A stretch of DNA of 63,656 bases, filler included. It is 7 parts of 7 records of this genome, joined end to end, with 100 filler letters (N's around TTAATTAATTAA, not from the genome) between each part and the next. Parts side by side here need not be neighbours in the genome. Positions count along the whole stretch, not along the records: positions 25,790 to 37,839 come from SRR31147125_5479; positions 37,940 to 48,507 come from SRR31147125_5506; 5 more parts are not named here. The stretch is one strand, 5' to 3'. The translations under genes were made by a program, and so were the position numbers. Position 1 is the first letter of the stretch, and each line of letters opens with the position of its first letter. Below are positions 27,775 to 38,068 of the stretch, in pieces. Below the pieces are notes generated by a model that saw only the letters and a program-made list of their open reading frames with translations, was not told where the DNA came from and did not search any database.

Positions 27775-30547
27775 TTAATTTTTCAACTTGATCGTATCGG
27801 CAGAGAGCAACACCTCTTCCGGAACATGAAGCGCTTCCGTGAGAATTTCCGCCGGTCGTATGGTTCGTTCGCCATCCTTTATCAATGTCATCTCCAGTCG
27901 GGATGGATGGCGTGGATCGGTAAATCGGATGGTTTGGGTCACTTTCCGTAAATCGATTTGACGTCTGACCCCTTTATGGTTGACCTGCTCTACAATATAC
28001 TCCGATACCGACATGAATGCGTCCACAACTTCCTCGGGAATGACATGGGTTTTCAGATCGATTCGGTATCGGGTGGGATTTCCCTTCTTTTGAGCGGCAT
28101 TGGTGAGATTCTTGACCTTTGCCGTCGGCAGGCATCGGGTAATGGTGATGCTTCGCGGCAGTACCTTGTTGAGTCGTCCCACAATGATATTGGGGTCGGT
28201 TTTAATGTGGGCATGGATGTGAAAGAATTCCTCCTCGCTCTGCATGCCGACGGGAAGGGGATTGTCAAATGAGATTTTCATGGAGGGGCTGAACCCTTTG
28301 GAATACTTGACCTGGATACCGGTTCTGCGGATGGCTCTTCGAATAATTTTTGCCAATTCAAGATGGCCGAAATGTCTGGCATCATCCATGCGGGTGTAAA
28401 ACACCGTGAATTTGGAAAAGAAATCGTCTTGAGTCGAAAGGATGGGGGACAAAGCGGCAATCGAGACCGAATCGGTCTTTGGGGTTGCAGTGGACGCAGA
28501 CTCAGCAGAGCCAACAGTGTTGGCAGGGGCATCGGAATCGGCAGAATCGGCGGAAGCACCAAACCCACCGGAATCGGAGGAATCAAGGGATGGAAATAGA
28601 AGCGGCTGAACGGTTTTGAAATCACAGATGCCGCAGCCGGTGCATTCATGATCTCTGCAATCTTCGGTGATGCGGCCGGCCAAGGCGTTGTCAAGCTCTT
28701 TTTCCATGTATCGTTTGGAAATACCGCAGTCGAGATGATCCCAGGGAAGCGGCTCTTCCGGCCGACGCTCTCTGGCAGTAAAGAAATATGGATCGACACC
28801 GCTCTCTTCAAACGCATCCATCCACAGATCGATTCTGAACATATCCGACCATCCATCCATGCGACATCCCTTTTCCCATGCCGCAACCAGCACCTTGGCA
28901 AGACGTCGATCACCTCTGGCCCAGACCCCTTCCAGAAGACTCATCCACGGATTTTGCCATTTTAATTTGATTCCGGGATGGCGCAGGTTTGCTTTGAGAT
29001 AATCGAGGTTGCTCAGGGACTGCTCCGGTGAAATTTGGGCGCATCGTTGAAACGGAGTGTGGGCTTTGGGAATGAATGTGCCGAAACTGACATTGATATT
29101 GAGTCTGCCTTTGCCTTTCTTTCCCCCTTTTTACCTTGAGGCGTGTCTTTTCGGCCTCGGGTTGCCTGGGAAGAGATGAGTCGGTAGGTCAGATCGACAA
29201 GTCCCTCCAGATCTTCCTCGGTTTCCGTGGGAAGCCCGTTCATGAAATAGAGTTTGATGGTGCGCCAGCCCAGATCAAATGCACTGTTAACCGTGGTGAA
29301 GATATCCTCTTCCGTGATATTTTTGTTGATGACATCCCGAAGTCTTTGGGTGCCTGCTTCCGGTGCAATGGTAAATCCGGTTTTTTTGACCGATTTGATG
29401 ATCTCCATGAGAGGCGCGGTCAGTTTGCCTGCCCTGACGGAAGGAAGCGACAATGCCGTGCAGTGTCCCGGATTGATGGTGAGAAGCGAAGACATGAGCG
29501 GTGCCAGATTTCCGTAGTCTCCGGTACTCAAGGATAGCAGGGAGATATCACTGTACCCGGTATTTTTCATGGAATCTTCGGCAATGGAGACAAGATCCTC
29601 CACAGAGCGTTCCCGAACCGGGCGATAGATCATTCCGGCCTGGCAAAATCGGCATCCCCTGGAGCAGCCTCTGGCCACCTCCAGACGTAACCGATCATGC
29701 ACCGGTTTGCCAAACGGCACCACCGGTGCCGTAGGAAAAGGCGCAGAGGTTAAATCAGGTAAAATAGCTCGTTTGACCGTTTCATATCCAGGCTTCAAAG
29801 GTTCCAGGTATTGAAACACTTCATTCCTTTGATCCGTGGCGTCCGTTCCTTCCCCTGTGTTCCGGTTTGTCCGTGTACTCCCTTTTGCTATTTCCAAGGG
29901 TTTAAACACGGCCTTGAAAAAGGAAGGCACATAAACCCCTTGAATAGAAGCAAGGGTTTTCAACAGCTCTTTATGATTTCCGTCCTCCCTTTTTTCCACT
30001 CAATGACGGTATTGGAAATCTGCAGCACCACCTCCTCGCCGTCTCCAATGACAAATGCATCGAAAAAATCAGCCAGCGGCTCGGGATTGAACGCACAGGG
30101 CCCGCCACCGATGATCAATGGATATGCCTCTTCGCTCTGCGCTCTATCCGACGCATAAAACGGAATACCGGAAAGACTCAGCATGGTCAGAATATTGGTG
30201 AAATTAAGCTCATAAAGCAGACTGAATCCCACCATATCAAAGGCTTTCATGGACAGCTTGGATTCAAGGGAAAAAAGAGGGGTTTGCTTCTCCGACAATA
30301 GGTTCTCCAAATCGGGTGCCGGAGTGAAAAAGCGCTCCGCAGCAATATGGTCTTGTTGATTGAGGATGGTATATAGTATCTGCATTCCGAAATGGGAGGT
30401 GCCGATTTCATACAAATCGGGAAACGCAAGGGCAACCATCAGATCCACCTGATCGGGATTTTTCACAATACTGTTTGCTTCGCACCCGAGATAACGACTC
30501 GGCGTCTCCACAAGGGGTAGGATTTCTTGAATATTTATGTTGTGCAT
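27775..30547 (-). CDS. TIGR03960 B12-binding radical SAM fused to a TIGR03936 radical SAM-linked domain (2 homopolymer frameshifts)
   Basis: PSRYLG.E, FPDLYEIGTSH, RGCSRGCRFCQAG, APEAG, FIPKAHTPFQ, LPWDH, HLEL..RRAIRR..YSKGFSP. Shifts at 29990-95 and 29123-27. Confidence 0.88.
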
Positions 30548-30673
30548 GTTAAAAAAATATGTATAATTTCATGTTGTTGTTGATAAATTTGGTAAACTGT
30601 TACTATCTCATTTTACCTCGGTTTTTGCAATGGGAATCTTGGGTAATGTTTTTTTTGTTTTAAAGGATTTAAT

Positions 30674-33283
30674 ATGCACATACCACCTCGGAATGATGGG
30701 GTGATTCAGGAACATCTCAACGGGGTCGTTGAGCGGGTCACCTTTCATAATCCCGACAATGGCTGGTCGATTTTACGGGTGATGCCCTTTTCGGATCCCG
30801 GCAAGCAGGAAACCGTGGTGGTCCACCAGACAAAGGTGTTTGCAGGGGCCACCATGGAGTTCCACGGCGCCTGGACGATGCATCCCAGGTATGGCCGTCA
30901 GTTCCGGGCCGTCCGGGCGGAAGAAAAAAAACCGGCCGGTACCGCCGCCCTTGAAAAGTACCTGGGGTCGGGTCTCATCAAAGGCGTTGGTCCTAAAACC
31001 GCTAAAAAAATTGTGGCCCACTTTGATGAGAAAACCCTGGAGATCTTTGAAGAGGATATCGAAAAACTGATGGAGGTACCCGGCATTGCCGACAAGAAAC
31101 TTCGGATAATCAGTGAGGCCTGGCTGGAACATCGATCCATCCGGGATGTGATGATGTTTCTTCAATCCAACGGCATCAGCACCCTGTTTGCCGTGCGGAT
31201 CTACAAAGAGTACGGAGATGATGCCATTGCCATGGTCATGGAAGATCCTTATCGTCTTGCCATCGATTTTTACGGGATCGGCTTCTTTTCCGCAGACAAG
31301 GTGGCGCTCAGTATCGGCCTTGCGCCGGACAGCGATCAGCGAATCACGGCGGCGGTGCGTCACATTCTGGCTGCGGCCCGCAATTTCGGTCATTGCTATC
31401 TCACCCGTTCCCAGATCGATGAAGAGGCAACTGCGCTTCTCTCTCTCGATATTGACAATCGGATGCCCGAGATTCTGATGCGGATGGAAGAGGATCGCCA
31501 TCTCATGGTACGGGAGTTGACCGGTGGCGATGGGAAAATAGAGCGCTGTTACTACTCCCGGAGTCTCTACTTTGATGAGCGGTATGTGGCAAAGCGGGTG
31601 GCGGGCATGGGGCCGCCGCCCACCGTGGATAAGGCGCGTGTGGCGCGGTGGGTCTCGCTTTATTGTAAATCCAAAGGGATCGCTTTGAGTGATGAGCAGC
31701 AAGGGGCGGTCATGGCGGCGGTTTCCGAGAGATTTTCCATTCTCACCGGCGGTCCCGGATGTGGAAAGACCACCACCACTCTGGTGATTGTCAAGCTGAT
31801 CGAAGCCATGGGGCAGGCCCGGGCGTCGGGCCGGCAAGCCAATATCCTGTTGGCTGCTCCGACAGGACGGGCGGCCCAGCGCATGAGTGAAGTGATCGGC
31901 AAGGAATCCAAAACCATTCATCGACTTTTGGAGTGGCAGAGCGGGAAATTCAAACGAAATGAAGAAACCCCTCTTCAAGCCGATTTTCTCATTGTGGATG
32001 AATGCTCCATGCTGGACATTACGCTGACGGCGTCGCTGCTCAAAGCGGTGCCTGAGACCTGTCAGGTGCTCTTCATCGGTGATGCCGATCAGCTTCCTTC
32101 CGTGGGAGCCGGGAACGTGCTCAAAGATATCATTGCATCCGGAGTGGTGCCTTGCTTTACGCTCACCAAGATTTTCAGACAGGCCCAATCTTCCAAAATC
32201 ATTCGCTATGCCCATGACATCAATAAAGGAACCCTCCCTTGGATTGCCTCCCCCTTTCATGAACCCAAGTTGTGGCAGGATGGAGAGGACTGCATGTTCA
32301 TCGATTCCGATGAAGCCACAAAAGAGCAAATCGCTTTTATTAACCGGGTCAAAAATGAGTATGCGATGGATGATGAGGGTGACGGCGAGGATCATGCCGA
32401 AACAGAAGGTGATATTGATGCAAACGAAGTGCCGCTGGCTGAAACCGGACAGAAAACCGACGACAATAAAAAGCTAAACAAGCTGACAGGGCTTTTTGAA
32501 TTTCGAATCCACGAGACGGTAAGACCCTATGAGACGGAGATTTCCATTCCGGACAAGTTCAAGCATGTGGATCTCAATGCGTTGATTTCTGCACATACCC
32601 AGGTGGAAGAGTTGAGAGCCGTAGTCAAGAAGGTGCATCCCTGGTCATCCCTCCATTATGGGTATTCGGCCTTGGATACGGTGCGGATGCTCTATCAGAC
32701 ATGGATTCCCAAATACCTCGGTGACGGCTGTGAGATTCAGATTCTCTCTCCCATGACACGGGGATCTTTGGGGACGGTGAGTCTCAATAAGGTGATCCAG
32801 GCCTCTTGCAATCCTCCGGTAGAGGGGCGTCGTCAACTGAAAGTGGGGGAGCGGATTTTTCGGGTGGGGGATCGGGTGATCCATCGACGGAACAACTATG
32901 ATCTTGGGGTTTTCAATGGGGATATCGGCACCATCACCGATATCGATACCGTGGAGCTCACCTGTGCGGTTTCCTTTTATCCAGACGGGCGACGGGTGCA
33001 TTATCAGAGGGATGACATCATGGAGCTGGATCTGGCCTATGCCGTCACCATCCATAAATCCCAAGGCAGCGAGTTTGAGGTGGTGATCATTCCGGTGGTG
33101 ACCCAGCATTTCAAGATGCTGTTTCGAAATCTCATCTATACCGGATTGACCCGGGCCAAAAAACTGGCGCTGTTTGTGGGGACCCGAAAGGCCATGGCCA
33201 TGGCAGTGAGAAATCAGGATACCTCGCTGCGACAAACCGCGCTCCGAGAGCTGTTATCATCCGGAAGTGAGTTGTTCGGGTAG
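30674..33283 (+). CDS. recD2: ATP-dependent RecD-like DNA helicase (RecD2) with internal insertion
   Basis: HhH (GVGPKTA), TGGPGCGKTT, APTGRAA, VDECSM, GDADQLPSVG, YAVTIHKSQGSE, YTGLTRAK. Confidence 0.94.
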   Translation: MHIPPRNDGVIQEHLNGVVERVTFHNPDNGWSILRVMPFSDPGKQETVVVHQTKVFAGATMEFHGAWTMHPRYGRQFRAVRAEEKKPAGTAALEKYLGSGLIKGVGPKTAKKIVAHFDEKTLEIFEEDIEKLMEVPGIADKKLRIISEAWLEHRSIRDVMMFLQSNGISTLFAVRIYKEYGDDAIAMVMEDPYRLAIDFYGIGFFSADKVALSIGLAPDSDQRITAAVRHILAAARNFGHCYLTRSQIDEEATALLSLDIDNRMPEILMRMEEDRHLMVRELTGGDGKIERCYYSRSLYFDERYVAKRVAGMGPPPTVDKARVARWVSLYCKSKGIALSDEQQGAVMAAVSERFSILTGGPGCGKTTTTLVIVKLIEAMGQARASGRQANILLAAPTGRAAQRMSEVIGKESKTIHRLLEWQSGKFKRNEETPLQADFLIVDECSMLDITLTASLLKAVPETCQVLFIGDADQLPSVGAGNVLKDIIASGVVPCFTLTKIFRQAQSSKIIRYAHDINKGTLPWIASPFHEPKLWQDGEDCMFIDSDEATKEQIAFINRVKNEYAMDDEGDGEDHAETEGDIDANEVPLAETGQKTDDNKKLNKLTGLFEFRIHETVRPYETEISIPDKFKHVDLNALISAHTQVEELRAVVKKVHPWSSLHYGYSALDTVRMLYQTWIPKYLGDGCEIQILSPMTRGSLGTVSLNKVIQASCNPPVEGRRQLKVGERIFRVGDRVIHRRNNYDLGVFNGDIGTITDIDTVELTCAVSFYPDGRRVHYQRDDIMELDLAYAVTIHKSQGSEFEVVIIPVVTQHFKMLFRNLIYTGLTRAKKLALFVGTRKAMAMAVRNQDTSLRQTALRELLSSGSELFG

Positions 33284-33411
33284 CATGACTAAGGTTTACG
33301 CATTTAAAATCAAGTGCTTGCAAAGCCAAGTGCGTAAGCCCTAATGAGAATGGAATGAAGATGAAATGAGTTGAGAAAAAGAGGTGATGGAAGATGTGAA
33401 AATGTTAAGAA

Positions 33412-33451
33412 GCGTCGATGCCGGTACAATGAGTTGTACCGGCATCGACGC
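33412..33451 (-). terminator. Perfect 18-bp hairpin between convergent genes
   Basis: GCGTCGATGCCGGTACAA-tgag-TTGTACCGGCATCGACGC. TTCTT follows on the minus strand. Confidence 0.8.
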
Positions 33452-33508
33452 CATCGACAAGATTCAGTGGGGGAGGGCGTCTGATGACGTTTCATCAATT
33501 GGCCCAAA

Positions 33509-35733
33509 TTACGGTATGTTCACCGTTACCGTCTCTTTACTCGTCATCCCCTGGGTGTCGGTAGCGGTCACCGTCACCGTATAGACACCGGGGGCATCGT
33601 AGGTGTGCTCCACCTGGGAGCCGACCAATATGGTTCCGTCTCCCAGGTTCCAGGTGAATGAGCTGAGGCTGCCGTCTGAATCCCATCCTCCGGCAGAAAA
33701 GAGAACCGTTGAAGGATTTGCTTGGGAGAGTGCGTAGTAAAGATTGACCGTTGGAGGATAGTTGCTTGCCGTTACGGTGACACTTGCGGTGGTGGCGGCA
33801 AAGAGATTGTCCGTGACCGTCACGGTAACATGGTAGCTCCCCGGATTCTTGAATGTGTGGGTAACCGTCTCGCCGGTGGCGGTTTCTCCGTCGCCGAAGC
33901 GCCACTCATAGCTCACAATCTCTCCGTCGCTGTCCAATGCCGAAGCCGTGAAGGTGACCGTATGGGGGGCTTCCCCTTGAAGTTCTGAGGTGGTGATGCC
34001 GACTTGGGGCGGGATATTGGTGACATCCACCGTGGTGGAGGCGGTGGATATTCGGCCCTTGTTGTCGGTCACCGTCAGGGTGACGTTATATAGCCCAGAT
34101 CCTGAGAAGCTGTGGGTAACCTGCTCTCCGGTTCCGGTATCACCGTCTCCGAAATCCCACTCATGGGAGACAATGGTACCGTCGGGATCCGATGCCACGG
34201 CAGTGAAGCGCACCTCAAGGGGGAAGTGCCCTGGATTCGGTTTGTCGTGATGGAGACCGTCGGGGCATGGTTGATATCGGACAGCAGCACGGATGTTCGA
34301 CGTTTCACTTCATAGGCAATGGGTTGCACGCCCATGGGACGGATATTCGGGGCGCCTTGATCCGTGTTTCCGGTTTTAGCAATAGAATAGGGCGTGGTCA
34401 GCTCGATTCCGATGAAAGCCGAATAATTGTCGTCGTCTTCAAGATAACCGTTGTTGTAATCCCCCTGGCAAAAAACACGAAGATCCCCTGCTTTATTGAC
34501 AGGATAGCTCACTCTCAACGAGCCGAAAAAATCGGCGTCATCGGCATTATGGGAGCCGATATCTCCGTAAAGGAACAGTCCGTTATCGAACAGATACTCA
34601 GCATTGATACCGATTTTGTCACTGACTTCCAGATAGGTTTCCGTGGTGTAAAGATCCGCATATTCGTAATATTGCTGCGTCTCCACGACATCCTCATCCT
34701 GAATGCCCCGGGTAAAAAAGATGCCTACTTTCCCTCGCTCAAATAGGCGGGAGGCCCCCACATGGATCTGAGACAGGGTGGCGACATCGTCATAAAGATC
34801 CATATTGACCCACTTCACAGATGCAAAGGCACCCAGCTGGAACCATCCGTTTTTTCCCACGAGACCGGCATCCACCTGGTACTGCTGAAGATCTTCGGTG
34901 ATATCGCCAGTGAATCCCCCCTGGAGGGCAAAGTGATTGTCTTTTACCGGAAGAAATAGAGCGCCTTCGATGTTCCCCATGAGATCGCCGTCACTACTAC
35001 CGATACCGCCGGAGAGAGAAAAAACGTTGCTCTTGAAAATGTCAAAATTTGTGCTGCCTCCGTTTCTCGAAGAATCGAGTTCGGAAGGGCCGGCTGAGAC
35101 CACAGGCGGTGCCGTCTCTTTTTCTTTCAGCAATCTCTCCAAATTATCCAGACGCTCCATGACATCGTCTATGCCGTTGCCTTCTTGCGATGCCGGTGCG
35201 GTTTGCATTTCCGTTGGGCTGGATGCAATGGTATTTTCCAGAGGTTTGATAAATCGGTTGTCTTTATAATAGTAGTCTCTTTGACCCTCTTTCATCTTGA
35301 AGATGCTGAAGTCAACGCGTCTGTTCAGCAGCTGTCCCTCAAGGGTTTTGTTGGTGGCAAACGGAACATGGAATGAGTTGGCTTTGATATGGATTCGATT
35401 CGGTGAGAGCCCTTTGTTGATGAACGCTTTTTTGACCGCGTCCGCTCTTTTTCGGGAGAGTTTTTTATTATAGGTATCCGGGCCGTTGGTGTCTGTGTGG
35501 GCGTTGATTTCAATTCGTAAATCGGGATCCAGGTTCATGAGTGCCATGACCCGTCGAAGCTGTTTTAGATCTTCAACGGCTTTGGCGGAGTCAAAAGCAA
35601 AGTTAATGGATTCAAGATCCAGATCTTTTTCCGGATTTTCGGCCATCAAAGGGGATAATCCTGAAAAGATAAATAACGAGACCACTAAGAGCGCTGTTAC
35701 GATTTTGGTGCTCATTGCATATGTCGGTTGCAT
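33509..35733 (-). CDS. OmpA-domain + putative beta-barrel + 3x PKD outer-membrane protein (1 homopolymer frameshift)
   Basis: Signal peptide; INFAFDS..AHTD..YN.KLS.KRA..NRRV; amphipathic strands; three W.FGDG/WNLGDG PKD repeats. Adding one base at G5 34219-23 gives GTSPLEVRFTA. Confidence 0.82.
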
Positions 35734-36172
35734 AATTTTCCTCCTAAAATATGTTTATTCCAAGCCCTGCATCACTGCTTTTTCATTTAGCTTCGTTGTT
35801 ACCTTTTGTCAAGGTAATGAATGAAAGGTATATAACGGCCATGTCAGGTCACCTGACATAACAAAGCATGAAAATCCTCGAACCAAGGAGCGTGAGGGGT
35901 TTCAAATAAATATGGAAGGTGTAATGCCGAGTTGACAATTATGGCATGGTAAAATGGCAGTCGGTTGACGAGGGGTGTGTCGTTTGGTTTACAGTTTCGA
36001 TTTTTTTTAGAATTAATTATTGTTGGCAGATGCAATGAAGACGTCTAATGGAATAAAATTATTTAAGTATGTGAATTGGTTTTTTAACTATTTGAAAATG
36101 TTGATATTAAGTCTGTTTTTGCCATTGGGGTTTCTGTTGGTCGGGAAGGGTGTTTGATAGTCCCGGGGAATA

Positions 36173-36188
36173 TGGCATAACAGTTGCT
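36173..36188 (+). promoter_or_regulatory. sigma54 (-24/-12) promoter
   Basis: TGGCATAACAGTTGCT (GG-N10-GC), with an AT-rich IHF-like tract upstream (~36080-36108). Confidence 0.75.
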
Positions 36189-36319
36189 TTAAAAAATCAG
36201 CAAGTGCATCCGCAGGGCATATGATTATTGGGCATGATAAATGGTTCAATGCAGTTTTTTCAGTGATGTGTCGTTGGGGGATTTAGCAGTTTGGAAATCT
36301 TAATGGTTGGAGGTTACTC

Positions 36320-37756
36320 ATGAAAGTTATCAAAATTGTTGTCAGTCTTGTCTGTATTTGGGTTGCAGCAAAGTCCTTTGTGGCATATGGGATCGAAATT
36401 CCGGATCTCGGCAATCCTGATGAAGGGGCATCTCAGGTTTCACTGAACATATCAACGGATAAGGAAGAATACACGACCATGGAAACCATTTGGTTCGATA
36501 TTGCCATTGAAGGTGAGGGCCTTTCAGATGTCTATCTCTCGGTGACCTTTCCCGACGAGACATTCGCATCTTATACCAGCTCATTGATGCCGGATGGGGA
36601 AGGCGCCGTCATTCCGATGATTCAAGGATTCCCGGTGTCCAATGCGGAATATCGCCTGCCGTTGCCGGTGATCCCACTCTGGCCGGAAGGGACCTCTGAA
36701 ATCTGGATGATTCTCGTGGCCCATCAGAAGAATCCACTGAATCCCGCCAACTGGTTGGCCGATGACAAGGTCGCTTTCAATATTACACAAACCGAAGGCA
36801 TTGATCCTTTTTTTGACGTTGAAAGCAAAACTTTTTCGGCAGAAATGGGTGAGATGGGAACCATTGAGATTCAGTTCGACGATGGAAATGTCCACGGCGT
36901 TATTTTTATCACCGGTGAGGACGGAAATGTTTACGAGCTCCAGTTTACCGGAACGTATGCCTATGAAGATAAAACGCTCATGGTCCATATCGAAGGCGCC
37001 CATGGGTTCTTTTTTGCGGACTTTACATTGAGCATGGAAGATGGATTGCTTTATGGCGAATTTACAACCAGTACGGGTGCCTCCGGAAGTGTTGAATTCA
37101 ATCCTCTGACCCAGGAAGTGGCGTACGATTTTGAAAGAGCCACCCGGCAGGGGACTCTGGAAGAGCTGGGGGATGTCACCGTCACATTTGAGGATGGGGA
37201 GGCCTTGATTATATTGACGGTTGAAAATCAACATGGCGAGATAGTTGAAAAAGTGCTCATGGGTACGGCGGAGTTTGATGCCGAGACAAAAACGTTCACC
37301 ATCAATGTCACCGAAGTGGATGGCGAATATGCCATGGAGTTCATCCTGTACGTCAATGACGAGGGGATGCTCGTTGGCGAATACACCACAAGTAATGGAA
37401 AAACAGGCAGTGCCGAGCTGGATGTTCTCAAAGCCATGCTGGAACATTTGGGCATCGTCGACAATACGTTTCAGGTCGATTTAGGTGAAAGTGGTACCTT
37501 GACCTTGACTTTCGAAGATGGAGAAATCACCGGAACTTTGAGCGTAGATACGTTACTGATGACGGTGGAGCGTTCGGTTGTGGCTTCATACGAAGTGGAG
37601 GGAAATGCGGTGATCATTGTGGTAGAGGGTGAAGAAGAGTTTTCATGTACCCTTACATTGACATTCGAAGACGGTACCTTGACCGGGGGCTACACTACCG
37701 GAAATGGAAAAACAGGTTCCACGGAAATGACGCTATTCGATAACGAAGTTGAATAA
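36320..37756 (+). CDS. Secreted acidic beta-rich protein with three ~105-aa repeats
   Basis: Signal peptide. Repeats end in GEFTTSTGASGS / GEYTTSNGKTGS / GGYTTGNGKTGS. GGAGG RBS. Confidence 0.75.
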   Translation: MKVIKIVVSLVCIWVAAKSFVAYGIEIPDLGNPDEGASQVSLNISTDKEEYTTMETIWFDIAIEGEGLSDVYLSVTFPDETFASYTSSLMPDGEGAVIPMIQGFPVSNAEYRLPLPVIPLWPEGTSEIWMILVAHQKNPLNPANWLADDKVAFNITQTEGIDPFFDVESKTFSAEMGEMGTIEIQFDDGNVHGVIFITGEDGNVYELQFTGTYAYEDKTLMVHIEGAHGFFFADFTLSMEDGLLYGEFTTSTGASGSVEFNPLTQEVAYDFERATRQGTLEELGDVTVTFEDGEALIILTVENQHGEIVEKVLMGTAEFDAETKTFTINVTEVDGEYAMEFILYVNDEGMLVGEYTTSNGKTGSAELDVLKAMLEHLGIVDNTFQVDLGESGTLTLTFEDGEITGTLSVDTLLMTVERSVVASYEVEGNAVIIVVEGEEEFSCTLTLTFEDGTLTGGYTTGNGKTGSTEMTLFDNEVE

Positions 37757-37839
37757 AAACGTCACACTTTTTCTCTAAGGGACTCCGCAGCTTTTCGGGA
37801 TGAGTCAATATTGGGGTGTCTAAATCTGCCATTTTCGCT

Positions 37840-37939
37840 NNNNNNNNNNNNNNNNNNNNNNNNNNNNNNNNNNNNNNNNNNNNTTAATTAATTAANNNNN
37901 NNNNNNNNNNNNNNNNNNNNNNNNNNNNNNNNNNNNNNN
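37840..37939. other. Artificial contig linker
   Basis: N44-TTAATTAATTAA-N44. Confidence 0.99.
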
Positions 37940-37940
37940 C

Positions 37941-37977
37941 CAAAAAGGTTACAGGATTCGCTCCTGTAACCTTTTTG
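37941..37977. terminator. Bidirectional intrinsic terminator
   Basis: CAAAAAGGTTACAGGA-ttcgc-TCCTGTAACCTTTTTG downstream of glgP. Confidence 0.8.
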
Positions 37978-38068
37978 TCTTTTACAGCCTCGCACTGTAG
38001 TACAGCCACTGTAGTACCGCAAATAACCGGTCCGGTCAATCACCAACGTACATCGCCCAGCCGGACTC

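Noticed and set aside
37813-37839. IS/Tn terminal inverted repeat (GGGGTGTCT...) at the contig end
   Set aside because: Only 27 bp are visible, with no partner repeat or transposase.
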